Position numbers and translations under genes: made by a program. A model generated the notes under the pieces. It ran no database searches, was not told the DNA's origin, and was given only the letters and a program-made list of their open reading frames with translations. A stretch of 64,000 bases of DNA, taken from a virus. Positions 19,566-28,765 of the stretch are shown one piece after another. Position 1 is the first letter of the stretch. Each line of letters starts with the position of its first letter. The stretch covers positions 64,001 to 128,000 of IMG/VR virus record IMGVR_UViG_3300025687_000001; one strand, written 5' to 3'.

Positions 19566-20919
19566 GGCCGGAGCGGGCTTCGCGCATGTGCAGACGAAGC
19601 CCCCTCTTCTTTACTATCCACCTAGCACGCAGGAAGTCTACGAAGCTATGCAAGCTAGGAACCTGGGGGACTACGATCCCTCGTTTGTGGCGGACATAGC
19701 AAACGTCGCTGCGGGAGGTACGGTGCTCCCGCAAACGCAGTGGGAAAACCACTACCGTAACCTGGCGCACCTACGAACTGCAGAAGCAGTTAAGGGGGAG
19801 ACCCCAGACATGCAAGCGGCGCGTAGAGCAAGCGTAGAAAAGCTACTTCTGGAGGACGCAGACAGAACCGCTCGGTTCTTAGCCGAGACCGACCTCAGCC
19901 GGTCTCCGGGGGTATCGCCTCTGACAAAGGCTCTGCTGGTCTGCCACATGCTCAAAAACATGCGGCGCAACGAGACGTCCACAGAACAGCTCCTGCGGGC
20001 TCAGAGCAGTAACAACAAAACCGGTCCGGAGTCAGGCAACGTGCCTATCTCGGGCACGGGAAAAGGCCCGCAAAACCGCTACATCAAGGAAGTCAGCGAG
20101 GCTCTGGAGCACCTGGAACAACTGCCCGAGGAGTTTCTAGAGACTTTCGGAGAGCAAGAAGACCGCGACTCGCAGGTTGAGGACCTCATGGACGCCACAG
20201 ACGGTATGGATCTGTCCACGTTCCTTAGGGTAGCCAAGACCCTGGAGAACAGTTGCCTGCTGACCACAACTAAGCAGCGTACGAAGCAGTCCACTCCAGA
20301 AGGGTCTCACGAGGAGCGCAAGGCTCTGCGAGACTTCCGGCACCTTAGCAAGATGACTCGCCGCTCTCGAGCTCAGCTAGCATTAGGTGTGGTGGGTCGC
20401 GCTCACCTGGCAACCGGAGGGCTGTTCTACAAGAACGTCTTTGCCTGGAAAGAGCAAAAGACGCTTTTGTACGTCTTGGTGGATGTCAGTGGATCCATGA
20501 ACAGCCCCTGGCGTATCGGCGCTGCCCTAGGCTCGGTCCAGGCTCTAGCCACTGCAGTTAAGGCGGGCGCGGCCGAGCTCTACTTGCGCTTCTTTGATGG
20601 GACCGTCGGTGACCTTCACCACGTCAAGTCCCCACTAGAGGTGCCGGAGTGGGTGGCTAATATCCGCCGTCGCGCTAACTTCCGGGGCGGGAGCACCGAC
20701 ATCCACCGAGCGATCACCACCGCGCTACGCGACATCCACGAATGGAAAGACGCGTACCGCCCAGAACTTCTGGTCGTCAGTGACGGCCAAGACCAAGTCT
20801 CCACCACTCTGTCTGACCTAGGTCGAGTTAAGCTCCACTCAGTTCAGATCGGAGAGGATGGGTGCGCGCGCCTGGCAAAGCTCGTCTCGGATTCCCGAGG
20901 CCTGCAAATCCAGGTGTGA
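19552..20919 (+). CDS. vWA domain protein (ViaA-like)
   Basis: MIDAS motifs DVSGSM, GGSTD, VVSDG. Confidence 0.85.
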   Translation: MPSTRAGAGFAHVQTKPPLLYYPPSTQEVYEAMQARNLGDYDPSFVADIANVAAGGTVLPQTQWENHYRNLAHLRTAEAVKGETPDMQAARRASVEKLLLEDADRTARFLAETDLSRSPGVSPLTKALLVCHMLKNMRRNETSTEQLLRAQSSNNKTGPESGNVPISGTGKGPQNRYIKEVSEALEHLEQLPEEFLETFGEQEDRDSQVEDLMDATDGMDLSTFLRVAKTLENSCLLTTTKQRTKQSTPEGSHEERKALRDFRHLSKMTRRSRAQLALGVVGRAHLATGGLFYKNVFAWKEQKTLLYVLVDVSGSMNSPWRIGAALGSVQALATAVKAGAAELYLRFFDGTVGDLHHVKSPLEVPEWVANIRRRANFRGGSTDIHRAITTALRDIHEWKDAYRPELLVVSDGQDQVSTTLSDLGRVKLHSVQIGEDGCARLAKLVSDSRGLQIQV

Positions 20920-21166
20920 ACGCGCAGGCTGCCCTGCGCGCTCCCTACAACTGGGAAAACCTAAAGCACTAATAGCTTGTACGGGACACAACGGCAGCTA
21001 TGTGCCCCAAACACGAGCAGACCCGCTCGAAAAACTACCGCCCCATAAGTTTTGCAATTCGATCGAGGCGTTAAAAGATGAAAGGCTGCTTGGTGATAAG
21101 GAACCCCCCTGGGCAGTCGGGTAGAGCCCTGTAGCTAGTGGATAAAAGCTAAAGAAACACCACACT

Positions 21167-21292
21167 GAGGGGTACTGGGTCGTCGGTGCGTAAGAACAAA
21201 ACTGGGTACCAATAGCCGCATCATAATTTACGCATGTGGGTATCAGCTTACCGTTACAGCGTAGTACCGCACCTAAGGCGACCCGGCCCCTC
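21167..21292 (+). ncRNA. candidate rod-shaped ncRNA with a central bubble
   Basis: GAGGGG-TGGGTCGTC-GGTGCG pairs with CGCACC-GGCGACCCGG-CCCCTC; followed by a T tract. Confidence 0.4.
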
Positions 21293-21300
21293 GCCTTCTT

Positions 21301-22092
21301 TTAGCTTCCGAAGTCTAGGAGGTCGTCCCAGCCCTTGGGATCCCACGCCAACTCTTGTACCTTACCCGACTTCTTCACCGTCATGCGGCGCATGGGGTCC
21401 AGATAGCTGTGCGGCAGTACGGTTACCGCCGTACGCTCAACGTTCATGCGGTCGCAGAGCTCGAGCGTGAGCGAGTTTAGCGTGTCTTTCTGCGCCTCAG
21501 TCCAAGGACCGCCCGCGGGCACAGCCAACAGGTCCACGCTGATGGACCCGGTATTGGGAGACGGAGCGCCTTCTGGCAAAAGCTGCGCCGGGGAATCGAG
21601 GCCCGGGAAAGCTTCTTTCCACGCAGCGTACCCCCCAGCGGGGGGCTGCGCAGCCAGGCTGCCACCTAGGGGGTGCGACCAGCGCTGCCAATCTGTACCC
21701 GCGTACAACTGCCGCACATTGGTCTTCCACCCAGCATGCCAGCCTTGTACTCCTAGCGGGAGGATCTGCCAGACGTAGCCGTCCCAGTCGATCAGGAAAT
21801 GCGTGCTTACGCCGTTGCCACTACGCGCGTAGTACCTGCAGGCGTAGCGCGCTACTTCGCGGCAGTCCTTTATGCCCTTGTCAAAGGCCTTCTGGACAAT
21901 CCCCGCTCCAGTCGTGTGCACCACTACAAAGCTAGCCGGGATGGTACGCTTGGAGAAGTCCCGCTCGTCTGGGATGCGCCGGTCGTGGGGAACTGAGGGA
22001 AGCCAGTCAACCATTTGGAGGTCGGGTTTTGGCTCCGGGGGGTTTTGCGGCGTTAGAAGGTCCCGCCAGACTTGGAAGAGTTCGTTGAGCAT
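21301..22092 (-). CDS. N-acetylmuramoyl-L-alanine amidase (Amidase_2 family)
   Basis: VVVHTT, STHFLID, WHAG, NTGSISV, TEAQ, PH..DP motifs. Confidence 0.85.
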   Translation of the reverse strand: MLNELFQVWRDLLTPQNPPEPKPDLQMVDWLPSVPHDRRIPDERDFSKRTIPASFVVVHTTGAGIVQKAFDKGIKDCREVARYACRYYARSGNGVSTHFLIDWDGYVWQILPLGVQGWHAGWKTNVRQLYAGTDWQRWSHPLGGSLAAQPPAGGYAAWKEAFPGLDSPAQLLPEGAPSPNTGSISVDLLAVPAGGPWTEAQKDTLNSLTLELCDRMNVERTAVTVLPHSYLDPMRRMTVKKSGKVQELAWDPKGWDDLLDFGS

Positions 22093-23786
22093 TACTCTTC
22101 AAACGCCTCCATCGTAACGTACCAAGCTACGTTGCCTCCTCCAATGCTTCGGGAGTAGCAGGTAGCAATAGAGTTGTCGGCTATGGTCAGCAGCAGATCG
22201 CCGGATCCTGTGCCGAACTGATCTGAGCCGCCGCACCTCAATTGCTGCTGGAATCCTGAGTGGTTGATAACGCGCAGCAGCAGGTTCGCTACTGAAGGTA
22301 GCGTAAGCATGTAGTCAGCCGCATTACCGCCAGTCAAGAAGTGCACGGGCTTAGAGTCGCTGATATCGTAGAGCGTTGTCATCGTATAAGTCTGCGAGGT
22401 GTACTGCACCGCAGTCTCTATACATAGAGCGTCCGCTCCCGTTACGCGGAGCTCCCCCCCGGAGGGTCCGTCTAGCCACAGCTTATCGACGCCACCGACG
22501 TTTGATAGGAACATAGTCGCCGTGTCGGAGCACGCATCAGACTCCAGCGACAACGTGGCAATGGCGCTTGCGTGGATATCCACGGTTTGCGTGTGTACGT
22601 TACTCCACCGTGCACCCCCTGCCCCCAAAGAGTGCGTGACGTCAGCGGCGGGTGCCACGTCCATATCGAAATACGCGGTGGCAAAATCATCAAACAAGAT
22701 TTCGCCGTTAGACCCTTCCCCGATCTGGAAGGGCTTGTTGAAGATCAGCTTCCCGTCACCGCTGTTAGACTCGTAAGTCATGCCTACGTCAGTATTAGCG
22801 CCCTCAACGTCTATGAAGACACCGATGCCCGCACTGACGTCATTGTACTCTGCTAACGCCACCTGCCCGTCATCTGTCACCACTGCTATCTGCGAGTTGC
22901 CTGCGTTCTCCACTACAAGACCATCGTAGTTGTATGGGTCTCGAGCTGGGTCGGCTGACACGATATGGACAGCGTGCTGTGGCAGCTCAATGCCGAGCCC
23001 CAGCTTCCCATCATCCTTCAGAGTAGCCCGCACAGACAGCGAGCTACCATCGTGAGTCAAAAACTTGAGCTCAGTGGCTGCATCGCCGGCGTGCCAGTTG
23101 CTCGCTGCTACAGCATCAATCCGCGCACCTTCTTCCCAGGTATCGATGTCCTCGAAGCCTCCAGCGGTATCATCGTGACCGGTGAATGCGATGGAGCCAA
23201 GGGTTTGTGCGTTAGAGACCGACTGGTCTGCCTGCGCTAGCACAAGCTTTGGCGCTGCGGTGTCGCTCTGCGCTATGCCCGAAACGTAGAAATTGCGGGT
23301 AGCGCAGAGGGTGTAATACTCCTCGTTCAGTTCGTTGGACGCAGCAAACGCCTTGATGCCCTCCCACAAAAGAGCCGGGAGCTTGTTGCACATCAACAGC
23401 AAGCGGTCAGGCGCTAGCGCGTAGCCTACTAGGGGGCCGTAGCGGATGAGCATGTCGAGCTCAGAGTCCCCGTACTGAAAATCACCCGCAGTGGAATCGC
23501 AAAACACCCAGTTGTTGATGCTGTAGGGCACTCCGCTCGCGTGGTACACCCCGGAGGTTTGTACGCGGCAAACACCGTGCGCAATACTGTAGCAGATACC
23601 TAGGACGTGGGAGTGCGTGCGGTCGGCTAGGTCCAGCTGCTCCGCGCCGCTGTCCCACATGACGGGTTTCCCGACCGCCACGGTAACGTCGTACGACGTG
23701 TAGTCCTGAAAAGACCCGCTAGGCGCGTCGATAGGCCCAACGACCCCCGCTACGACTTCACCTTGAACCTTGCGTTCGATTGCCAC
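22092..23786 (-). CDS. tail fibre/receptor-binding-like protein
   Basis: LGSIAFTG..GARIDA..LKF..GKLGLG..P and YSLG/RWSNVH-like fibre repeats. Confidence 0.55.
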   Translation of the reverse strand: MAIERKVQGEVVAGVVGPIDAPSGSFQDYTSYDVTVAVGKPVMWDSGAEQLDLADRTHSHVLGICYSIAHGVCRVQTSGVYHASGVPYSINNWVFCDSTAGDFQYGDSELDMLIRYGPLVGYALAPDRLLLMCNKLPALLWEGIKAFAASNELNEEYYTLCATRNFYVSGIAQSDTAAPKLVLAQADQSVSNAQTLGSIAFTGHDDTAGGFEDIDTWEEGARIDAVAASNWHAGDAATELKFLTHDGSSLSVRATLKDDGKLGLGIELPQHAVHIVSADPARDPYNYDGLVVENAGNSQIAVVTDDGQVALAEYNDVSAGIGVFIDVEGANTDVGMTYESNSGDGKLIFNKPFQIGEGSNGEILFDDFATAYFDMDVAPAADVTHSLGAGGARWSNVHTQTVDIHASAIATLSLESDACSDTATMFLSNVGGVDKLWLDGPSGGELRVTGADALCIETAVQYTSQTYTMTTLYDISDSKPVHFLTGGNAADYMLTLPSVANLLLRVINHSGFQQQLRCGGSDQFGTGSGDLLLTIADNSIATCYSRSIGGGNVAWYVTMEAFEE

Positions 23787-24614
23787 TTAGCCACCTACGA
23801 ACTGCTGGAGCATCTGGTAAGCCTGCTGCGGGTCAACTCCCTGCTGCAGGAGGTACTGGTAAGCCTGCTGCACCTGCTGCATCTGGTCCTGGCCGCCGCC
23901 TTGCTGTTGGGGCTGCTGAGGCTGCGCTTGCTGCTGCTGCCCCTGCATTTGCTGCTGGTACTGCTGGTAAGCCGGAGACTGCGTGTACTGCATCCACTGC
24001 TGCTGTACCATCTGCTCAGCTTGCTGAGGCGGAACCCCCTGCTGCACGAAACTCTGAAATAGCTGCTGCAGCTGCTGCATCTGCTGCGGGTCCGCCGAGG
24101 GTCCCGCCTGCTGCTGGGCCTGCTGCTGGGCCTGCTGCTGGGCCTGCTGCTGCTGGCCCCCGCCGCCCATTTGCTGCTGTGTATACGCCACCCACTGTCT
24201 CTGCAGCTGATCCTGGGCAGCCATGGGGTTCATGCCCTGTTGCACCATTTGCTGGTACATAGCCTGCAGCTGCTGCTTTTCCTGATCATTAGGACCGCTA
24301 GAGGGAACGTCCTGCGGACCGGCCTGCTGCATGTGCTGGGCGTAACCCATGACTTCTTGTTGGGCCTGCTGAGGCATCTGTTGCTGCTGGGCCTGCTGGG
24401 GCATCTGTTGCTGCTGGGCCTGCTGGGGCATCTGTTGCTGCTGGGGTCCCATCACTCCCTGGAGGTACTGCTGCGCCTCCTGGGGCTGTAGCCCCTGCGA
24501 GGTCAGGTACTGCATGGCCTGGCCGTAGTCGTCCATCATGCCGAGCTTAACCAGAGCCTCAAACCCTCCAAGGACGCCAGCCAGCTTAATGATCTCAGTT
24601 TCAGTAGTACGCAT
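23787..24614 (-). CDS. glutamine-rich low-complexity protein
   Basis: Poly-Q tracts and four xxQGxxPxxA modules; overlaps the upstream stop. Confidence 0.65.
   Translation of the reverse strand: MRTTETEIIKLAGVLGGFEALVKLGMMDDYGQAMQYLTSQGLQPQEAQQYLQGVMGPQQQQMPQQAQQQQMPQQAQQQQMPQQAQQEVMGYAQHMQQAGPQDVPSSGPNDQEKQQLQAMYQQMVQQGMNPMAAQDQLQRQWVAYTQQQMGGGGQQQQAQQQAQQQAQQQAGPSADPQQMQQLQQLFQSFVQQGVPPQQAEQMVQQQWMQYTQSPAYQQYQQQMQGQQQQAQPQQPQQQGGGQDQMQQVQQAYQYLLQQGVDPQQAYQMLQQFVGG
24357..24445 (-). repeat. 27-bp tandem repeat x3 encoding QQQMPQQAQ
   Basis: Repeated ctgttgctgctgggcctgctggggcat units. Confidence 0.7.
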
Positions 24615-25494
24615 TCATAGCCTCTTCCTCGCCTGGCTGGTTTAGCATGTGGTTGACCCCTAGCGCCATACCACCGGCACCCAAGAGACCAAGAGGGATC
24701 TTTCTAGACGCCGAGAGATTCTTGCCTAGCTGCTTGACCAGGTCTTCTCCGATAGCCTCAGGAGCCTTGCCCGCTAGGAACCTCATCTTCTGGAACGGAA
24801 TGTCGTGCTTCGCTGCTTCGGTGCTAAGCTCGACCAGCCTCTTGCGCCGGTCCCAGAAGCCATCGCCTCCTGTAGCCTTAAGCTTGTTCAGCAGCTCTCG
24901 CATGCGGAAGCGAGCCTCCAACTCAGAGCCAAAGTCCGCCATCTGGCTGCCCAGCTCGTAGCCCCCGTACCCCGACAGCCCAAGAACTAGGCCCTTGCCG
25001 AGGGCTTCATTCTTCGCCGGAGGCTGCTCATACTCTTGGTAGGCCAGTTTAGTAGTCATAAACGCATCAAAGCCCGCAGCGGCAGTCTTGGGCTTAGGCT
25101 CCGGCTGAAGTTTGGTAGCGTCAGTGCCCTGCGGTAACTTGCTGCTCACCGCGCTGGGCTGCGCACCCACACCCTGATTGACCGGAGCGTTAAGCAGACT
25201 ACCTGGAGCCTGCAGCGGCGCGTTGGGGTTAGCGCCCACAGACGGACCCGCCATGAGCGCCGTGAGAGCAGGGTTAGAAGCGAGAGCAGCGTTAGCTGGG
25301 GAAGTAGCTCCAGGCGCTACGGACCCCATTTGCGCTGCCTTCGCTGCTCTGTGCTCCTCAATGTCTTCCAGGAGAGCCTTGCTGCGCCGGTACTTCTTAG
25401 AAAGAAAACTTAAGAGCCCGTCTACACGAGCCAGGGTCTCCTCTTTAAGCGCCGGAGCTTCTTCTGGTAGTTTCTCAGGCTCAAGCTCAGCCAT
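24601..25494 (-). CDS. putative internal head protein
   Basis: KTAA and KLA motifs, two Gly-rich hydrophobic segments. Confidence 0.5.
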   Translation of the reverse strand: MAELEPEKLPEEAPALKEETLARVDGLLSFLSKKYRRSKALLEDIEEHRAAKAAQMGSVAPGATSPANAALASNPALTALMAGPSVGANPNAPLQAPGSLLNAPVNQGVGAQPSAVSSKLPQGTDATKLQPEPKPKTAAAGFDAFMTTKLAYQEYEQPPAKNEALGKGLVLGLSGYGGYELGSQMADFGSELEARFRMRELLNKLKATGGDGFWDRRKRLVELSTEAAKHDIPFQKMRFLAGKAPEAIGEDLVKQLGKNLSASRKIPLGLLGAGGMALGVNHMLNQPGEEEAMNAYY

Positions 25495-25561
25495 TACGCC
25501 AACCCAGGTAGAAAGTCATCTCAATTCTAGCTGCAAAGCGGAAGCTTACCCAGCCTAAAAT

Positions 25562-25571
25562 CTGGCATAAG
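25562..25571 (+). promoter_or_regulatory. promoter motif CTGGCATAAG
   Basis: 10 nt before ATG 25582, no Shine-Dalgarno. Confidence 0.6.
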
Positions 25572-25581
25572 TTAGCAGCCT

Positions 25582-26454
25582 ATGAAGAACATCTTCTTGT
25601 CTCTCGGAAGAGAGACAATCACCTTTCTCAAGGGCCTGCGTAACGAGCAGGCCGAACTTACTCGTGAGCTGCGCGTCACCACACGCGACATTGCGCGGCT
25701 GCAAGAGTCCTTGCGCGAACAAACAGCAAACCGCGCTCGGCTCCAGACGCTGCTCGCGTCTCGCGCCCAAGAAGTCGCCCAGAGCCTGGAAGAGGCCCAG
25801 AGCGTCGTCAACCAGGTTGGCTCGTACGACGAGGGCCTGCCCATCGGGGTCGAAATCGATGACCTCGTCAAGGAGCTCAAGGCGCTGTTCGCTGGAGACG
25901 CGGTTGCGCTGGCTTCGACAGACCTCGCTACCGCTGAGACCACGGTGAGGGCGCCAGAGCCCGCTACGCGCGTAGAGCCTCAGGCGCCCTGCGGCGGAGT
26001 CACGGCTCAGGCGCACTTGATCGACCTGCTGGTACGTTCGCAGAACGGGCACAGCTACCACGGGTACCCGTCCACGGTTTGGGCGTGGACCTTCCTGCTG
26101 AATCTGAAGACCCAGCAGGGAACGCTGACAGGCGATGACCGCTACGTCAGCATCGCGGAGCTCTCCGACTTCATGTTGGAGGTTCTGCCGAAGCAGAGTG
26201 ACCCCGCCGCGCGAGCACTGGATACGCGGTGGTACGACTCCCGGAAGCGCGCCAAGACGCTATACGGGATTCTCGATCGTATGCGTCACAAGAAGGCGCA
26301 GCCCCTTCGGATCGAGTACTTCGCCGGGCACAAGAAAGTGAAGAGCAAGATCCCCGTGCCCGAGAAGTACCTCGGGCACGGCAATTACATGGCCTTGTGG
26401 TTCGACCCCTCGGCAAAGGACGCCCAGACGGCAGGCATGGTCATCCAGGCCTAG
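25582..26454 (+). CDS. coiled-coil protein with basic C-terminal domain
   Basis: Heptad-rich N-terminus. Confidence 0.6.
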   Translation: MKNIFLSLGRETITFLKGLRNEQAELTRELRVTTRDIARLQESLREQTANRARLQTLLASRAQEVAQSLEEAQSVVNQVGSYDEGLPIGVEIDDLVKELKALFAGDAVALASTDLATAETTVRAPEPATRVEPQAPCGGVTAQAHLIDLLVRSQNGHSYHGYPSTVWAWTFLLNLKTQQGTLTGDDRYVSIAELSDFMLEVLPKQSDPAARALDTRWYDSRKRAKTLYGILDRMRHKKAQPLRIEYFAGHKKVKSKIPVPEKYLGHGNYMALWFDPSAKDAQTAGMVIQA

Positions 26455-26556
26455 GAGTCCGGTGCCTCCTGAGGCCGCCGCAATGTACCGACGACAGGTG
26501 CCCCTTACGAACTACTTGTCGTCGGTACACCGCTTTTCCTAGCCCAGGAGCCAGCG

Positions 26557-26822
26557 TGTTTCTAGACACTCCCCGAGAGGGGGTGGTGTGCACCTCTTAC
26601 GTGGAAGACGAGCTGTGCGCCCCCACAATCGAGGCAACCAGCATTGCTGGGTTCATTCTCCTGCACGACAAGACGTGCTCTTTTGGAGAGTGGATACTCC
26701 TGGTAAAAAGCCCGGACGGCGCCTTGTCGTACAACAACTGTACGTACAGCGTCCGCGGGCGGGGACCAAAGAAGTACCTTACGCAGGTGCTGCTCCCCAT
26801 CCTTAATCTGACGGAGGGCTAG
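26557..26822 (+). CDS. hypothetical protein
   Basis: GTG start after AGGAG inside the listed 26229-26822 ORF. Confidence 0.45.
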
Positions 26823-26825
26823 CTC

Positions 26826-27092
26826 ATGAACGAGATCAGCGTCCCCAAGGCTGCTGTGCCTAACCTCACCGCGTATCTACAGGCAGGTGCGGTGGTGTCT
26901 ACTATCAAGAACCAGAAGACTGGAAGGGTAGTAGCGCTGCTGGCCAACCCCGCCGCTGATGGCGCTGATCTCGCTGAGATCCTGGCGGACTCGGGGGAGC
27001 ACTCCACGCTCCCCGCCGCCATCCTCGCTCTGGAGGAAATCCTGGAACAACTGGAAATGGAGGACCTTGAGCTCGATCAGCCGGAAGCGTAA
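26826..27092 (+). CDS. hypothetical protein
   Basis: GGAGG RBS. Confidence 0.55.
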   Translation: MNEISVPKAAVPNLTAYLQAGAVVSTIKNQKTGRVVALLANPAADGADLAEILADSGEHSTLPAAILALEEILEQLEMEDLELDQPEA

Positions 27093-27437
27093 AGCTCCGT
27101 CCTGGAGAAAGTTCGTTGAAAGCGGAGAGATGGACGGCAGCGTGAAGCTGTTGTTTGGGGGGGCACGCCCGAATTCTCTACGGGAGTGCGAGGTACCCCA
27201 ACTCTATCGGACTGCTCCGAGAGTACCTATGTGTGGACGCTCGAGGACGCCACGACGGGACCCTCACCCTTCAACGAATGTTCCGCCCCAGCAAACTCCT
27301 CGTTACCTACACCGGCAGTGATCGGTACCTGCCTTTCTCCGCGCAGTATAGCCCTCAGGATGTTTTGTGGGTTCACAAGGCCTACGCGACTATGTTAGGA
27401 GGGTTAAGGACTGACTTGAGAAGGTGCTAGGAGATTA

Positions 27438-27519
27438 GCGAGGGTGGCGGAACTGGTAGACGCACTGGATTTAGGTTCCAGCGACTTTAGTCATGGGGGT
27501 TCGATTCCCCCCTCTCGCA
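27438..27519 (+). tRNA. tRNA-Leu(TAG)
   Basis: Cloverleaf, anticodon arm CTGGA-TTTAGGT-TCCAG, long variable arm. Confidence 0.92.
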
Positions 27520-27525
27520 TACTTA

Positions 27526-27607
27526 GCCCGGGTGGTGGAACTGGTAGACACCGCTGACTTAAACTCAGCCGCAGAAATGCGTGTGGGTTCGATCCCCGCC
27601 CCGGGCA
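27526..27607 (+). tRNA. tRNA-Leu(TAA)
   Basis: GCTGA-CTTAAAC-TCAGC, long variable arm. Confidence 0.92.
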
Positions 27608-27611
27608 CTAA

Positions 27612-27881
27612 ATGACCTTCATTCTCCTAGCACCTGACAATAAAAGAGAACTCGGCGCAGTCCAGGTCCTTAGGGACAGCGACACTCACCACGTCCTGGC
27701 GCTGCGCTTTCATTTAAACCACCCGCCCAGGGTGGTCACCTACTCGCAGCAAAACCTCAAAGACCTACTAGCTGCTCAAGACATTGCTGCTATAATCGCA
27801 GCTGACGCTCTCAGCCTGGGGGGCTACGAGCACGCTCCAAGGATTCTAACCTTGTCTGATACGCGCGTAGAAACGCTATGA
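27612..27881 (+). CDS. hypothetical protein
   Basis: ORF between tRNAs. Confidence 0.45.
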   Translation: MTFILLAPDNKRELGAVQVLRDSDTHHVLALRFHLNHPPRVVTYSQQNLKDLLAAQDIAAIIAADALSLGGYEHAPRILTLSDTRVETL

Positions 27882-28105
27882 TGACGCACTGGGAGCTGGC
27901 GAGGCTAGCGGGGCTGTGGCTGGAAAAGCTGGCCACCGAGCACCCGGAAAAACTCGACGAGTGCGTTGCTATCACCATCCACGACGACTACACTGCTGAC
28001 ATTGCTTTCAAGGTACGTTGGTCAGGGCCCAAGAAGGTCGCCCCGACCCCGGAGCCGAAAGAAACAGAAGAAGCGAGTTCTGTGACAACTGATGAAGGCG
28101 AGTAG
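27878..28105 (+). CDS. hypothetical protein
   Basis: ATGA-coupled; 3' end overlaps tRNA-Val. Confidence 0.45.
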   Translation: MMTHWELARLAGLWLEKLATEHPEKLDECVAITIHDDYTADIAFKVRWSGPKKVAPTPEPKETEEASSVTTDEGE

Positions 28106-28167
28106 CTCAGCGGTAGAGCAGCTCTTTTACGTGGAGCTGGTCGCAGGTTCGACCCCTGTCTCGCCTA
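28096..28167 (+). tRNA. tRNA-Val(TAC)
   Basis: GCTCT-TTTACGT-GGAGC; T arm GGTTCGACCC. Confidence 0.88.
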
Positions 28168-28246
28168 CAACTATGCCAGTCGAACAGCAGGTAAAACCCA
28201 GTGAGGAAGAGAGCTGTCTAGCACTGCTGGGTGCTGGCTTCTTTTA

Positions 28247-28319
28247 GGGGGATTAGCTCAGTTGGGAGAGCAGGAGCTTTGCAAGCTTCAGGTCGTCAGT
28301 TCGATTCTGACATCCTCCA
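28247..28319 (+). tRNA. tRNA-Ala(TGC)
   Basis: GGAGC-TTTGCAA-GCTTC; G3:U70 pair. Confidence 0.92.
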
Positions 28320-28329
28320 CATCTTCTAT

Positions 28330-28402
28330 TGCGGGTTAGAAAAATCAGGTACTTCACCTGGTTCATACCCCGGAGATCTGGGTTCAAATCCCAGGCCCGC
28401 AA
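28330..28402 (+). tRNA. tRNA-Met(CAT), atypical
   Basis: CCTGG-TTCATAC-CCCGG with one mismatch; fMet-like acceptor TGCGGG/CCCGCAA. Confidence 0.75.
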
Positions 28403-28416
28403 CAACAATTCTTTTC

Positions 28417-28426
28417 CTGGTAAAAG
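28417..28426 (+). promoter_or_regulatory. promoter motif CTGGTAAAAG
   Basis: Identical copies at 45265 and 59109. Confidence 0.55.
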
Positions 28427-28430
28427 AAAC

Positions 28431-28725
28431 TGCCAGCAAAGCACTGCTGGCACTAGGGCCGCGCAATGAGCGCTCGCGTTGGACAGAATCCGGTGACGTC
28501 CGCGACCCCGCTGTTTACTCTTGGCTTTCTGCCCACCAAGAACCTGGCAGCCGTGAGGCCCAGGCGGTGAACGATGCGAAATTCCGAGTGGGTGAGAGGC
28601 CCACATCTTCTTCTAAGAAATAGCTGGCCGTTGTGGAGACAATCTCCAGGGAGGAGTAGCGTCAGTTCCCGGATTAAGCTCCCGGGGGCGGGACCTTGAC
28701 CCTTCGGCTGGCGGCGCCTTCTTTA
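28431..28725 (+). ncRNA. candidate multi-branched ncRNA
   Basis: Long-range pairing 28487-28498 with 28660-28675 enclosing several hairpins. Confidence 0.4.
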
Positions 28726-28765
28726 GGCTTGCCCGTCTCATTTTAGATAGGTTAATTTCCACCGC

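Noticed and set aside
21213-21245. Group II intron domain V-like AGCCGCAT
   Set aside because: Upper stem, GNRA loop and bulge do not fit, and there is no RT gene.
23763-24491. Plus-strand Leu- and Ala-rich ORFs
   Set aside because: Antisense shadows of the CAG-rich gene.
28200-28500. RNase P RNA (GAGGAAG and ACAGAATCCGG fragments)
   Set aside because: No GAGGAAAGUCC, two tRNAs lie between the fragments, and the P4 pairing does not form.
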